A stretch of 64,000 nt of DNA from Camelus ferus (lineage: Eukaryota). Positions 13,561-26,600 of this stretch are shown piece after piece. The notes under the pieces are model-generated. The model saw only the letters and a program-made list of their open reading frames with translations. It was not told the origin of the DNA and did no database searches. Made by a program: the position numbers and the translations under genes. Location of the stretch: assembly GCF_009834535.1 (NCBI RefSeq), contig NC_045697.1:101806001-101870000 (forward strand), written 5' to 3'. Each line of letters opens with the position of its first letter. Positions within the stretch are counted from its first letter, which is position 1.

Positions 13561-13720
13561 AAAGAATCATGTAAGTCTACTACACCTGTTATATTGCAGG
13601 TAGGGGTGAAAGGATTGAAAAGAAGGACAACAGCTACCCGCCCACAGAACTTCAAAAATAAAATTTCTGCTACTGATAGGTATGAGGAAAAATGTCATCA
13701 CAAAACTAATAATTTCTTAG

Positions 13721-14338
13721 CAGATTGTCCCCGACTTACGATGGTTCGACTTAGGATTTTTTAACTTACAATGGTATGAAAGTGATAACGCATTCGGTAG
13801 AAACTGTACATTGAATTTTTTTTTCAAATTTATCTTTTTATTTTTTGTTGGAGGGGAGGTAATTAGGTTTATTTATTTATTTATTTGTCTTTAGTGGAGA
13901 TGCTGGGGATTGAACCTAGAACCTCATGCGTGCTAGGCATACGCTCTACCAGTGAGCCAGACCCTCCCCCCGAAACTGTACGTTGAATTTTGAATTTGAT
14001 CCTTTGCGGTGCGATCCTCTCTCATGATGCTGGGCCAACAGCAGCCTCAGCTCAGAGTCAACCTTGCAGTCATGAAAGTAAGCAACCAAAATGCACACAA
14101 CCATTCTGTACTTCACTTTCAGTACAGCATTCCATACCTTATGTGAGATGTTCAACACTTTATTATAAAATACGCTTTGTAGTTAGGCGATTTTGCCCAA
14201 CTATAGGCTAATGTTAAAATGTCCTAAGCACACTTAAGGTAGGCTAGGCCAAGCAATGATGGTCGGTAGATTAGGTGTATTATATGCATTTCCAGTTTAT
14301 AGTATTTTCAACCAACAGTGGATTTATCAAGCTGTAAG
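13721..14338 (-). mobile_element. Tigger5/MER47-family (TcMar-Tigger) element, interrupted by a SINE
   Basis: cagattgtccccgacttacgatggttcgacttagg..., ttcaacactttattataaaata, ttttgcccaactataggctaatg and aggtaggctaggccaagc match the reverse complement of the recalled MER47 consensus. Confidence 0.85.
13820..13971 (-). mobile_element. Vic-1-type SINE, long form, inserted in the Tigger5/MER47 element
   Basis: Reverse-strand tRNA-like head plus aggtaattaggtttatttattt tail; TSD gaaactgtac(a/g)ttgaatttt at 13800-13819 and 13972-13991. Confidence 0.92.
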
Positions 14339-14435
14339 TATTCTCATTACAGCAGCCTCCACAGATATCAATCAGTATTCCTGAATGGGTTTTAGAAAAT
14401 GATGGGGAAAACTGAGAGGTTTGGGGGTAGATGTC

Positions 14436-14962
14436 CTTTCTTTCTTTCTTTCTTTCTTTCTTTCATTGAAGTATAGTCCATTTACAGTGTTGTGTTAATT
14501 TCTGGTGTACAGCATAGTGATTCAGTTATACATACATATATATATTCCTTTTCATATTCTTTTTCATTATAGGTCAAGATATTGAATATAGTTCCCTGTG
14601 CTATATAGTAGGTCTTTGTTGTACATCTATTTTATATTTAGTAGTGTGTATTTGCAAATCCTGAACTCCCAAATTATCCCTCCCTTCACCCCCTCTTCCT
14701 TCCCTGGTAACCATAAGTTTGTTTTCTATGTCTGTGACTCTGTCTCTGTTTTGTAAATAAGTTTGTTTGTATCTTTTTTTTGTTTGATTCCACATATGAG
14801 TGATATCATATGGTATTTTTCTTTCTCTTGCTGTCTGACTTCACTTAGTATGACGATCTCCAAGTCCATCCATGTTGCTACAAATGGCATTACTTCATTC
14901 TTTTTAATGGCTGACTACTACTCCATTGTATATATAGTCCACAACTTCTTTATCCAGTCATC
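14436..14962 (-). mobile_element. 5'-truncated L1 3' end with (CTTT)n-derived tail
   Basis: attgaagtatagt...gattccacatatgagtgatatcatatggtattttt...catgttgctacaaatggc (ORF2 C-terminus and 3' UTR on the minus strand); (cttt)n at 14436-14464. Confidence 0.92.
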
Positions 14963-15449
14963 ACAAGGTTATATGTCCAGAGCAGAGTCTGTCTTGGATG
15001 GGCCCTGAGCAGAAGGGCCTTTTCCTAATTAGGCACAGCCTCATCTTGTCCATTCCTGACACAGTGTGATTTCTGCTTTGTCCTGGGGTGGTGAGCTCTC
15101 CTTCCTCTCAGTCCTGCTGTCACTGCTACAGCTCTCTTGTTTGCTGGTCCACTCCCCGCAGCCCACGTCAATGCCATTCACCTCTGCCTGCACTAGTTGG
15201 CATTGGGATCTGTAAAAAAGGGTAAAAACAGGGGAGAGGAAAATGAAATCTCTTCCTACATCTGCTTTTTTGGTACTTGTTCCTGTCCCTCACCTGCTTT
15301 CACCCCAATGATGAAAGAATGCAGATGGAGGAATAAAGAGGAGAGAAATGGTGCCTTACGTTTTGAATACTCTTTTCCTTTTCTGCTCATTAGACCTCTC
15401 TCTGCTCCCCACTAACCCTCTCCCCTATTTGCCTCTCTGACCCTTCAAA

Positions 15450-15590
15450 GTCTGTCTTCCCTACTAGATTATAAGTTCCTGGAGGATAAAAACCACATTG
15501 ATTTTGGCCTCTGCTGCACCCCCCAGGGCATAGCATAGTGCCTGACATACAGAAGATGCTCCAGGCATGCACGCGTAGCAGATGAGTGAG
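15450..15590 (+). mobile_element. L2 3' terminus
   Basis: ctactagattataagttcctggagga...cccagggcatagcatagtgcctgacatacag...gatgagtgag. Confidence 0.7.
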
Positions 15591-18000
15591 GAACGTAAGG
15601 TGGTTTGGCTGGGGGCACGGAGCACTGGAGACTGAGCTTTTATTTCTCTCCCTCTCTCATTGTTGACAGCTTTACCCTGGTCTGATTTCTTCTCATCTTC
15701 CATCTCTAATCTTGAAGGAGCCTACCTACTGGGCAGCAGCAAGATGTTCCCCATAATGGGGTGCCGGACACATTTTCCCATGGCACCTTTTTCTGCGTGG
15801 TGGTTAGTCTGTTGGAACTGTATACTTAAGGAAGTTGTGGGCTGGCCAGAGAAGTGAGCCGCTATGAGCAACATTGTTTGTATGAGAAAATGCATTCTGG
15901 AGTCCAGTGAATCTACTTACATACAAACTTTTGGATATGCATCTTTTCCATTAGTTGGGGACTGCCATTGCACGATCTCTTGTTCAGGCTTTAATTCATT
16001 ACTAATATGTAAATGGACAGTAAGCCATTTCTTTGTAGAAGGATCAGAGCCAGAAGTCTTTCCTTCTGAGGTTATGCACTCTTCCATTAAAATGAATTTC
16101 ATTCATCCGACAAACATGGTAGTGTATTTCAAATGTATTTATAGAGTGCTGGGCACATGCTGGGCTTTGTAGGAAGGATTCACACGTGAATAAAGGGGGG
16201 ACTCTACCCTATAGAGGTCACAGTCAGGTTTCCAGTTTTTTTTTTTTTTTCCAGGTTTCCATTTAAATAGGAATTACACTCATGTAGCCCGCGAGGTCAC
16301 TTCGAGCTCTGATATTCAGTCATTCTGTGGTTTTGAATTGCCCTATTCATTTGCTCATTTGTCTTATCATACGTGGTTCTACTATACAGTGTATTTTTAG
16401 ATAATGATGGAGAAAGCATACTGACATGCATGAATATACAAGTGAATATACAGTAACCCCACCTTTGCAGCTTTCAAGTAATTCTGAATTTATCTATCAT
16501 TGAGAATGAAAAGTCCAGGAGCTAACCATTTATTTTCATTCCAACTTTTTATCATGAAAAGAATGAAGCCGGAGACATTGTGAAATTGACATAAAAATAG
16601 AGCCATAGGGGCTCTATGTTGGAAGGGTACATGTTCCTCAAGGATAATATGTATGAGTGTTGGGGTTAACAGATATTTTTTAAATGCTCTCCTGTAATTT
16701 TCCTACTTTTACAGGAAGTATGTGTTCCTCCTCCACTACCACCATCACACACATAGACACATTTCCATGCACATAACATGGCATCTCTTTAGATAAGTAA
16801 AAATATTTCAGTGAAGTATTTTTCTTTCTCCAAATCATTTACCCATGCATCTTAATGACTACTTGAGGAACAAAACCTAGTTTCTGGAAACTGGAATGTG
16901 GGAAATCTGGATGTTTATATAAAAAATTCTACAGACATTTATAAAACATACTTAGAACTCTCTGGAGTAAAAAAATAACTAGTGTTGTATGGAAACAGTC
17001 TGCCTTGAAACTTGGAGAAGTTACCTGGTAGTTAATTTCAAATCTGATTTGAACCACAAACATCTCTGTTGCTGCATCTCTTTTATTTTTAATTAAAGTC
17101 TGCGATTTGAGTAATATATTAACTGTTTCTGGCAAGTGAATTGATGACCGTTTCCTCTCAGGATCTGGAAAGAAACAGGTACTCTTTCTAGCTTCTGGAA
17201 TTCCATTTAGTGATCATGGTAACAGGAGAATCCCTGAATTAGTGCTTAAACTTGAATTTGCCAGTACATTTTGGAGTGTCATTTTTCCTCTCTACAATAA
17301 CTACTAATAAACTACTTATTTTATTGCCTTGTTGGTTTCTTATTCATCATCTTAGCAGTTTCTTTTAATGTAAAAATCAATCTTTAGCCAGAATCTGGTC
17401 CCCACAGTTAATGAGAAATTGAAAACCCACATTTGATAAGTAGTTCGGTTTTAGTGATGGAACAATTTATAAATTATTCAGCAGTTTGCTTCTGTGAGCC
17501 TCTAAGTATTCTTTGCTGTTCTGTTTAGTACAGGAATGATAATTCCTGCAGGTATCCATCACAGTGTTCCTACCGACAAAAAGACATCATTATCAAGAGT
17601 TGGCAAGCACCTTGAATTACTAAAACACACTGGACGCATATTAACTTGGTTTAGTCAATACTTATTATTATTACACCACTATAGACAGAAATCAAAGGTA
17701 GAGGCACTTCTGCAAGTTTATTGGAAGATTGTTTTTAGCTAAAGTTTCCCTGGTAGGAGGAAATCAGATTCTTGCAAAGTAATGAATCAAATTTAAAATG
17801 AGAGAAAGTCTTGTCTTGGTAACTGGCACAGAAAAGGTAAACAGTGAGCAATCCTTTCACTTGTGCCAAGGAGGGTAAACATTCAGACTTAGAAGTTCAG
17901 ATTGTCTCACAATCCACAGATCTGCACATTGTGAGGCATTTCCTTCTATTTGTGCCTTAAGTACGTGCACGTGATACAGAATTGGTAAGCTTGGTATCAT

Positions 18001-18540
18001 TTTTTTAAACATTTTTTATTGACTTATAATCATTTTACAATGTTGTGTCAAATTCCAGTGTAGAGCACAATTTTTCAGTTATACATGAACATACAATATT
18101 CATTGTCACATTCCTTTCTCTGTGAGCTACCATAAGATTTTGTGTGTATTTCCCTGTGCTATACAGCATAATCTTGTTTATCTATTCTACAGTTTTGAAA
18201 TCCCATCTATCCCTTCCCACCCTCTGCCCCTTTGGCAACCACAAGTTTGTATTCTATGTTAGTGAGTCTATTTCTGTTTTGTATTTATGCTTTGTTTGTT
18301 TGGCTTTTTTGTTTGTTTGTTTTTTTAGATTCCACATATGAGCGATCTCATATGGTATTTTTCTTTCTCTTTCTGGCTTACTTCACTTAGAATGACAGTC
18401 TCCAGGAGCATCCATGTTGCTGCAAATGGCATTATGTTGTTGGTTTTTATGGCTGAATAGTATTCCATTGTATAAATATACCACATCTTCTTTATCCAGT
18501 CATCTGTTGATGGACATTTAGGCTGTTTCCATGTCTTGGC
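18001..18540 (-). mobile_element. Relatively young 5'-truncated L1 (ORF2 C-terminus plus 3' UTR)
   Basis: ORF 18325..18645(-) contains AKTWKQPKCPSTDDWIKKMWYIYTMEYYSAIK...SLICGI, the L1 ORF2p C-terminus; TSD taagcttgg(t/c)atcatttt at 17986-18003 and 18541-18558. Confidence 0.96.
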
Positions 18541-19294
18541 TAAGCTTGGCATCATTTTATGTGCATCTGTGTTATCTTTTCCACTTTTGTTTCCTTTTAC
18601 TCTCAAAATGAACATTGAGCTAGATTTTTGCTTGTGATGAGTCAAGTTTTGCTTATTCTTGAGTTTTTTCTAAGTTCATTGTGTATATAGCAAAGCACAA
18701 AATCAGAAATTGATGGCAAATGTGACCCAAAAAAGGAAACTGTTAGCTTTCTAAAGTCTTTAGTCATTCTCAGAGGAAGACAGAATAAATTAAATGCTAA
18801 TACCAGGCCCGCTTTCTATAATTAAGAACAAATGAATGAACCACCAACACAAAACAAAAACTGGCATCTAAAAATTTATGACTGGTGTTTTTCATGTGTT
18901 TCCTAGAGAACATACACAATGAAATGCAACTCCCTTGGTTTCAACAAAAATGCTGTTTGAAAATTCAGCCATGTAAAGACACTGATCTCTGATACTGTCT
19001 GCTTTGTGTTCAAATATTAAAAAGCTTCCCATAAATTATGTATCATTTATTTATTAATACCCGAAATGCACCTGATTTGGAGGGTTAAGAAGACAGCAGA
19101 TTCATTTCTTCTAGAGAAGTTCTAAGGCCATGAACCTTAAACTTAAAAATTTTGACCTGCTGTTATGTTTTATGTTCTGTACAAAGATGGTACTCTGTGT
19201 ACATGGTTAATACATAACGTCTAAGTGAAAAATACGTATAGGGCACTAGCCTAGGTATTCAAATTCTACATAAATATAAATATTAAAATGGATT

Positions 19295-19707
19295 AATTTT
19301 ATTTGCTATGACAGCTCTATTGAGGTATAAATTGCATACTGTAAAGTTCACCTTTTTATATAAGTGTACAAGTCAGTGGTTTTTAGTAGATTCTCAGAGC
19401 TATACAGCCATCACCACTATCTAATTCCAGGACATTTTCACCACCGTGAGAAAGAAACCCCATCCCCTTCACTCCCACCCCTACGAGCCTTAGCCAACCA
19501 CTAATCTCTTTTCTGTCTATGTGGGTCTGCCCCTTCTGGGCAGTTCATATAATGGAATTATATAACATGTGACCTCTTGTGTCTGGCTTCTTTCACTAGG
19601 CATAACGTTTTTAAAGTTCATCCACGTTGGGATATATGTTAGAAGTCCGTGCCTTGTTGCTGCCGAACAGTCTTCCGTTGTTGGGATACATCACAATTTG
19701 TTTATCC
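19295..19707 (-). mobile_element. Old L1 (L1MB-like) 3' end
   Basis: acagctctattgaggtataa...aagtgtacaagtcagtggtttttagta...ccatcaccactatctaattccaggacattttca...gtctggcttctttcact; possible TSD aaatggatt at 19286 and 19708. Confidence 0.85.
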
Positions 19708-21488
19708 AAATGGATTGAATTGATGCTTTAATTGAAAATTCTGTGATTCTCAAGACCCTCTGTTATTTTCCCGGGCTGCTTTCTCTTACCTCTCTCTCTG
19801 TTCACATCCCACACCTTTCATGGCTGAGTGTTCACTGTACTTTTTCCTTGTTTGAAGACGGTCTCAAATGCTACTTCCTTCTTGAATTTTTTCCTTGATC
19901 CCTTCAGTGATAAGCAATCTCTCTTCCTTCAGATTGTCACAGCTCTATGTATGTGCCACAGTTTCAACTTTTGCTTTTGGTTATTTATGTACCTGTCCCT
20001 CATTTCAGATTTTATCACATGAACCAGGAACACTTCTGTTGCTATCAGAGATAGCCTTGCAAATAGCCAAAAATCACTAAGTACTTTTAACTTAATGGGT
20101 GTCCACAAGACTAAGGCCTAATTGATAGTTGCTGGTTCTAGTCGGGATGCCAAAAAACTGTCCCAGGAATTAAGGAAGACAAGGACATTTTTGGAAGAAA
20201 CTGTCTTCCCATTATTAGCACGGGGACCTAGTGTCTGCACATAATTGGAACTCAAGACATGTTTGTTGAACTGGACCCAGTGTCTGGTAGCAGGACTGGG
20301 GAAATCTTCAGTGTCTCTAGAAAGGAAATTCTGTATTTATTTATAGATATCCTTAGAAGCCCCAGGTTTAAATGGGAGAGAGCAAGAGTGAGAGCATATG
20401 TTGGTCCAATGAGGAAAACGTTTGGGAAGGACCTCTTTACAAGAAAGCCCCAGAGCTGTGGCTTTTCACTTTTATATTAGATGTGTCACATTTGGATATG
20501 TCGTTAAAAGTGTGCTTTTCTTCTGTTCCCTTCCAAAGGAGTAAGTTCAGTTCCCAGTTATAACTGAAGCCTTCGTAAAACAGACTCCTAAGTTCTTCTC
20601 TCAGTGCAAGGGCTTGAGGGTGTATCTTTCATCTTTTTTGAAGCCATAATTGGACCACCCTTAAGTCGGGGGTCAAGCCGCAAATTCTGATGAGGGTCTA
20701 AGTCCCGATGGTACAGCAGGGAAGAGGGCGTTGCTTCCGGGCTCGTGTTTCCAGCCCCATCCACAGGGCTTTGAGAAGGAAGAAAAATGTTATTGGTGGG
20801 TCCTGATTTTGAGGAAAAAAGAGGAAACAGGGGTTCCTGCTGGTATGGCAAAGAATTTCTCATATTCTAGTGCTAATAGCTGTATGTGGTCAAAGTTCAG
20901 AGACAGGGAGCCCCAGGCAGGGAGGACAGCAGCCCAGAGTTGGAAGAAGTAAACACCTGGGCTCTTGGGGTTCTCTTAGCTTCCGATTTTTTCATAGCTG
21001 TGGTCCCCCCACCCCGAATAGGACTGTGCTGTTTCTGGAGTAGATGATACTGTCTCCATCATCCTGTGATTGTCCAAAACATAGATATTCAAGGAATTAT
21101 AAAAGTTTTGTAGCTTTCGTTTTTATCTTCCTCATTCCCCTCTGTCCAAGTTGCTCCAGATAACGCCAGATTTCTACAACTATATACAGTTAAAAATCTT
21201 TCGATTATGGTATACAAGTAATTGTTTCTGGCAGCAGATTGCTGTGGAGGTTTCTCTTTGTATTTTGTGCAGTTCTCAAGATTTTGTTCCTCTTTATGTC
21301 ATAACTTAAAAGTTGTCCTTATTTCCCTTTGTCTAAATTCATCTGTTTTTTTGTGTGCTTTTCCCACCTGATCCTTTGTTTGCTTAATGCTTGCTGTGAC
21401 ACGAGACCACAGAAAGAAATACCGACTCTTACCAAGGATTCATATTCATTTTATATGACTCTGTTGGCAGTGAGAAAAGACAGTATTT

Positions 21489-21630
21489 GGGCAGAGGGTG
21501 TAGCCCAAATGGTAGAGCGTATGCTTAACATGCATGAGGTCCTGGGTTCAATGCCCAGTACCTCCTCTAAAAATAAATAAGTAAACCTAATCCCCCCCCA
21601 AAAAAAATAAGAAAGAAAGAGAAGAAAAAA
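21489..21630 (+). mobile_element. Vic-1-type SINE, long form
   Basis: gagggtgtagcccaaatggtagagcgtatgcttaacatgcatgaggtcctgggttcaatgcccagtacctcc followed by aaataaataagtaaacctaatccccc and an A-rich tail. Confidence 0.92.
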
Positions 21631-22337
21631 CATGCTTCCCCCTTGATATAGACTTTATGAGATAAAAATCCACGCCAGGTGAAAATACCCTACTGCTGTA
21701 GTTTCCACGGAAGGTCAGCCTCTGTCGGATGAAATAAGAGATGAAAAAGAGAAGCTCGGTGGTGTTTGCTCTTTCACAAACCCGTTTTTGGAGGAAAAAA
21801 AAGAAAACATAATAGATGCATGATTTTCCCAACAACCAGCTGTTGATGTCCAGAATCTGATACTGTCATGTGGCATCCTGATGTGGCTTCCTCTTTCTGA
21901 AGGAAGGACGGTATGCGAAGCCCAAATGCTTGCCTTACTGGGAAGACTCTGTTAGGGAATGTGCAGGAAATAGAGCTGCTTAAGCAGTTCCGCGGAGACG
22001 CCCGACTCGCTGTGACCCGTCGGGGCCTGCGTGCCTGCCCACTGTCCTGATGGGTTCTGAAAACTGGCTTCAGATCAGCGAAAGGCCCAGCATTATCACA
22101 GTGGCACTGCCACTAATGAGTAAGAATGCTGGAGCTGGCTCAGTAGGAAGGAGGCTCCTCTAACAGTTACAGCAGCCGAGCTCTCCAGCACCCGGCCCTC
22201 CCCTTCCCTGGCCCGGGAAGCTCTCAGACCCAATGCACCGCTTAGCTGGTGCATTGATCAGGGGCCTGGCGGGAAACAGGTGGCCCAAGCAAGTTGGATA
22301 ATTTGAGGAACATTTAATAAAAAGACTGCTTACAAAG

Positions 22338-22641
22338 TAGGCCAGAAAGAGAAGTACTGTATGATATCACTTACGTGTGGAATCTAAAAAAATAACACAA
22401 ATGAACTTATTGGCAAAACAGAAACAGACTCACAGACACAGAAAACAAATTTAGGGTTACCAGGGGTAAAAGGAGAGGTGGAGGAATAAATTGGGAGTTT
22501 GGGATTTGCAGATACTAACTATTATATATAAAATAGATAGATAGCAGGGTCCTACTGTGTAGCACAGGGAGCTAGATTCAGTACCTTGTAATAAGCTATA
22601 ATGAAAAAGAATATGAAAAGGAATATCTATCTATCTATCTG

Positions 22642-22685
<44 letters not shown>

Positions 22686-22781
22686 GATAGATAGATATCT
22701 GAATCACTATGTTGTACACCAGAAATTACCACATTGAAAACCAACTATACTTCAAAAAAAATTTTTTTTAAATGTTAAATC
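22338..22781 (+). mobile_element. 5'-truncated L1 3' end
   Basis: tgtatgatatcacttacgtgtggaatctaaaaa...aaacagaaacagactcacagac...caactatacttcaaaaaa; degenerate TSD aaaagactgcttac / aaaagaccacttac. Confidence 0.92.
22624..22697. repeat. (TATC)n microsatellite followed by inverted (AGAT)3
   Basis: Read directly; one tgtc variant unit; lies inside the L1 3' UTR. Confidence 0.95.
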
Positions 22782-23520
22782 TAAAAGACCACTTACCAAA
22801 ATCTGTAGTAAGAATGCAAGGACAGGTAAGAAGGGTGGGCAAGGGCCATTCCCAACACTTGCAGAGGGAAGAGGAAGAAGTTTTACCAAACCCCAGGAGC
22901 GAAGGCTGTGTAGACATGATGGACTTGCAGGAGCTGAGGTCTCCAGGTCAGGGGGTGCATAAGGATGCAGCTAGGGAATCGGTCCCCTACCCTCAGGCTC
23001 CTTCTCTCTCTCACCCCATTGACCAAACCCATTCAAAAGCCATGAGAACACGCCATGTTGCAGTCCTTAACAGTTAGCCTTCCCCAGCTCAGAGCGGGGC
23101 AGAACCAGTGGAGAGTGGATCAGGAGGGGTGGGTGGACCCTGTTGAGTACAGTTGTTGTCAGAAAGATTCCTGTCTAGAAGGGGACATCCCTGTCACTGA
23201 TGCTACGAAACTTGAATCTGTGGAGAATCACTGAGTCTGAAAACTACTTGAGGTTACTCATTTCAGGCATCCAAAAAGTGCAGACTTCATAATCATCCAA
23301 CATCTAGTTTAATATTTTCAGTTCTAGAGAACAAAATCATCCTTCGAGCAGCAGCACGTCCTGTTGTGGAATAGGTCTATTTTTTTGCGTTGAAAGCCGC
23401 CTTCCTATAACTTAGAGTGGTTGCTAGTTCTCTCTTTTGGAGCTACACAGCACAGGGCTAGTGTCTTGTCCTTTGTCTCTTGTCCCCACGATAGCCTTTT
23501 TGTTGGTTGTTGTTTGACAG

Positions 23521-23660
23521 TCATTCATTCACTCAGCATGTATTTATTGAACGCCTGCCATGGGCCGGGACTTGTTCTAGGTGGGGGACAGTCAGCTGTG
23601 AACAAGACAAAACTCCTACATTCATGAAGCCTATGTTCTAGTGGATAGAGGTGGACTTTG
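23521..23660 (-). mobile_element. L2 3' terminus
   Basis: tcattcattcactcagcatgtatttattgaacgcctgccatgggccgggacttgttctaggtggggg...gtgaacaagaca. Confidence 0.75.
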
Positions 23661-26600
23661 AGCAGAGAAATATAAAGTGTGACGACCAACCAGTGGCGGT
23701 AACTGCTGGGACTGTCAGCTGTTAGCCATCGTTCAGGAGAGAAACCTAAATTCATTATGAGTCACCTGTGCAGTGTGGTTGCCAGAAAGCCTCATTCCTT
23801 CTTAGGCTGTGTAAACAGAATGCCCAGCACTACAGAGCTTGTGTTTCCTCCCGTTTCTTATTGTCCAGCTGGACCTGGGGTATTGCATTTACATTCCAGA
23901 AGGACGTTGGCAAACCAGAACTTGCTCAGGGGCTGTCCCTGGGAGAGCCCTTTAAATACTTGAGAAAAGCCATCCTGTCCTCAGAGAGTGTTCCTTCGGC
24001 CAAAGCTTGCCAGTTTTGTCACCAGTTTCTCAGATGGTGTGATTTCTATACCCTTAACCATCTTGGTCTTTCTCTAGATAATTTATTTTCTCTTAAAATG
24101 CTGCTCCCAGAATTTACCTTGGTTCCTTAGATGTGGTTTCAACTTGGGCAATGCCCAGTAGACTGTTTCTTCCCTCGATCTGGTTATTTAATTTTAATGA
24201 TGCAGCCATGGATTGAATTTCCTTTTTTTTTTTTAAACCAGCTGTGTTACTTTTGCCTCTCTGTGTTAAAGTACCGTTAAGCCAGGTCTCCAACATTTCT
24301 CTCTGTACAATTTCTGTTTATACTTAAATAGAGGGCTCAATATCCATCTTTATTAAAATGTTGTCTCATGGTTGTCCATGCAGTTTTCTGCATTAAGATT
24401 CTTTTGAATATTACCTTTCATCTAACTTTGTGCCATCTACAAAATTAGCAAGCATAGCCTCAAACTTCACCTGTGTGATTAGTATCATTATTCAGTTGAA
24501 AAAGAATAAGGACACCAGACCATTCCTTCAGGCTCAGTAATTAGTACTCTCCTAGGATGGCATTTCAAATAACTGTGAGTAACCTTAACTGTGTCTTCCA
24601 GCTCACATTTCTGCATTTTATATGGACAAGTTTTGAAAAATGAAGAGACATTCTATTTGTGGCATTTCTCTCTGATACCAGGCTTACCAAAAAACCCCCC
24701 AAACGTACTGGGATAATTTGACATGACAGCGGAAATACAGGAAGAGGTTGCTGCTCCCTCCTACCCCTAAGTCTTTATAATCTACTTGAAATTAAGGCAG
24801 TGTCGTGTCTGAATTGGTACCGGCCTTACTGGTCTGTGGTGTACCCTTTCTGCGTGTGCCCTTTCTTCCTTTCTGGAACCTCTACCCTCATGCTTCAGAG
24901 CTTGCCAGTAGTGACTCCCTTGGATGAGATGAAGCTAAAATTTAAATGTGACCTCTGTTCCCTCTTTTCAGGATGGGCCACCGTTTCCAGTTTTACGTCT
25001 CTTGCTTGATCAAATGTAAAACATCAAAATCAAACCAAAGTTGAGTAATTGGGCCTTCTGACTTGGGTGAAGGTTGTATCATCTTCCCCAGGAATTTTTT
25101 TCTTGCTTCTGATGAAGCTTAAAAGAAAGTGAGAGGGGCCATGGTGCCCGGGTTGCCGCTGCTGCTGGCTGCCCTGAGGTCTTCTGGACTCACTTTCCTC
25201 ACTGGCTCACAGGGAGCCAGCTCTTCCCTGCAGTCTTAGGTTATGTGCCCAAAGCACTAGGGCATGTTTTTGGTTTGTTTTTTTTTGGGGGGAGAGAGGT
25301 GGTTGGTTTTTAATTTGTGAGCTCCCTGGAAGATGTATAGTTTTTTCTTAAAAAGAGGCCACCTTGTTTATGGTTTAGAAAAAAGACAATATTGACCTTA
25401 CTCTTCCTGGGAACATTTTTGTCTTCCAGAGCGTTTGGTGTCCTGTTTTCTAGGATTTTCTCGATTAAGTGTACAACATCGTGAGTCTGCTCAAATACCC
25501 ATGAGCCCGTATGCCTTGCTGGTCATGAGACTTTAAAGGGGAGAGTCACAGAGGTGATCTCTTGACTCGTACAGGAGTGTCTGTGGACCAGAATGTCATT
25601 AGACATGCCAAACCTGTGAAGTCACATGACCTTTAACTGAGGGTTTGCTTCCTAGACCACAAGCATACCAGATGTGCTTGTGCGGGCTGGAGGGTCAGTG
25701 TATTAGGAAAATCAGTATATTAGCTAAGTTGATAGACCAGAAGCTGTTGCACAGTTTTTCTTGCTTTTTTTTTTTTTTTTATGTGCCCCAAAGAAAAGAC
25801 TAAATCCCATCTGGAGCACATTATAATCTTATACTTTAGATTCATAAACAAAATATGCTCGGGTTTTCCAAGTTTGGCTGTGTTGAGTTTACCCTGAGTA
25901 TCAGGTTTCTTTCCTTTTGACTTTGACTGATTTTTAGTTGACTAGGAATGCAGAAGTCATACTTTTGTTCGGTGCCCACGGCTATTCTGAGGTTCCTGTG
26001 GGCATTATCGTCCACCTGATATTGTTTCAGAAGGACTACCACAGCTTAGCAGTCGTGGCTTCTGTGAACATTGGTCCTGGTTTGAACATCCTCGGGTAAC
26101 TCACTCTCAAAGGTGTCTTGATTTGGAAGAATTGTATGGTTCCCTTGGGTCTGTCCCAGAGTATCCTAGAAAGCAGTGGTTCCCACTGTGCAGTCATTGC
26201 CCTGACCTCTGGGCCTTCCTTACTCACCTTTTCCTGCAAAAAGACTCTAGAATGACTTGTAGGACTGGAATACCCAGCAATCCTTGGAATACTGTTTAGT
26301 TTTCTTGGAGGCACATCTGTTTATATACTCCCTTAGAAGGATCAAGGTGCCATTCATGGCTGAGGACCAACTTTCATCTTTGGGTCAGATTGAAAACACA
26401 TCTTCTTAACATAACTGAACCTTTCTTAGCTGAGTCTATTTTAAAACTTGCCAATGAAGCCTCCTTTGTAGTATCTGTGGATTAAATGAAATGTTGATAC
26501 CTCGTGGGTCTTTTAAAAACCTGCAGGCTTTCACGGGCTGCTCTATCCAGGCAGTGACCACTGTCCATCTTCTGTCTCCTTCCTACGGGTAGTACCCAGA

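Larger units (their letters stand above)
22250..23130. mobile_element. Old ERVL-class LTR (LTR33-like), split by an L1 insertion
   Basis: ggcgggaaacaggtggcc...tttaataaaaagactgcttacaaag before the L1 and cccattgaccaaacccattcaaaagcca...gtggagagtggatcaggagggg after it. Family name uncertain. Confidence 0.5.

Noticed and set aside
18325..18645. 106-aa ORF as a host gene
   Set aside because: It is the C-terminal remnant of L1 ORF2p fused to flanking sequence in a 5'-truncated insertion.
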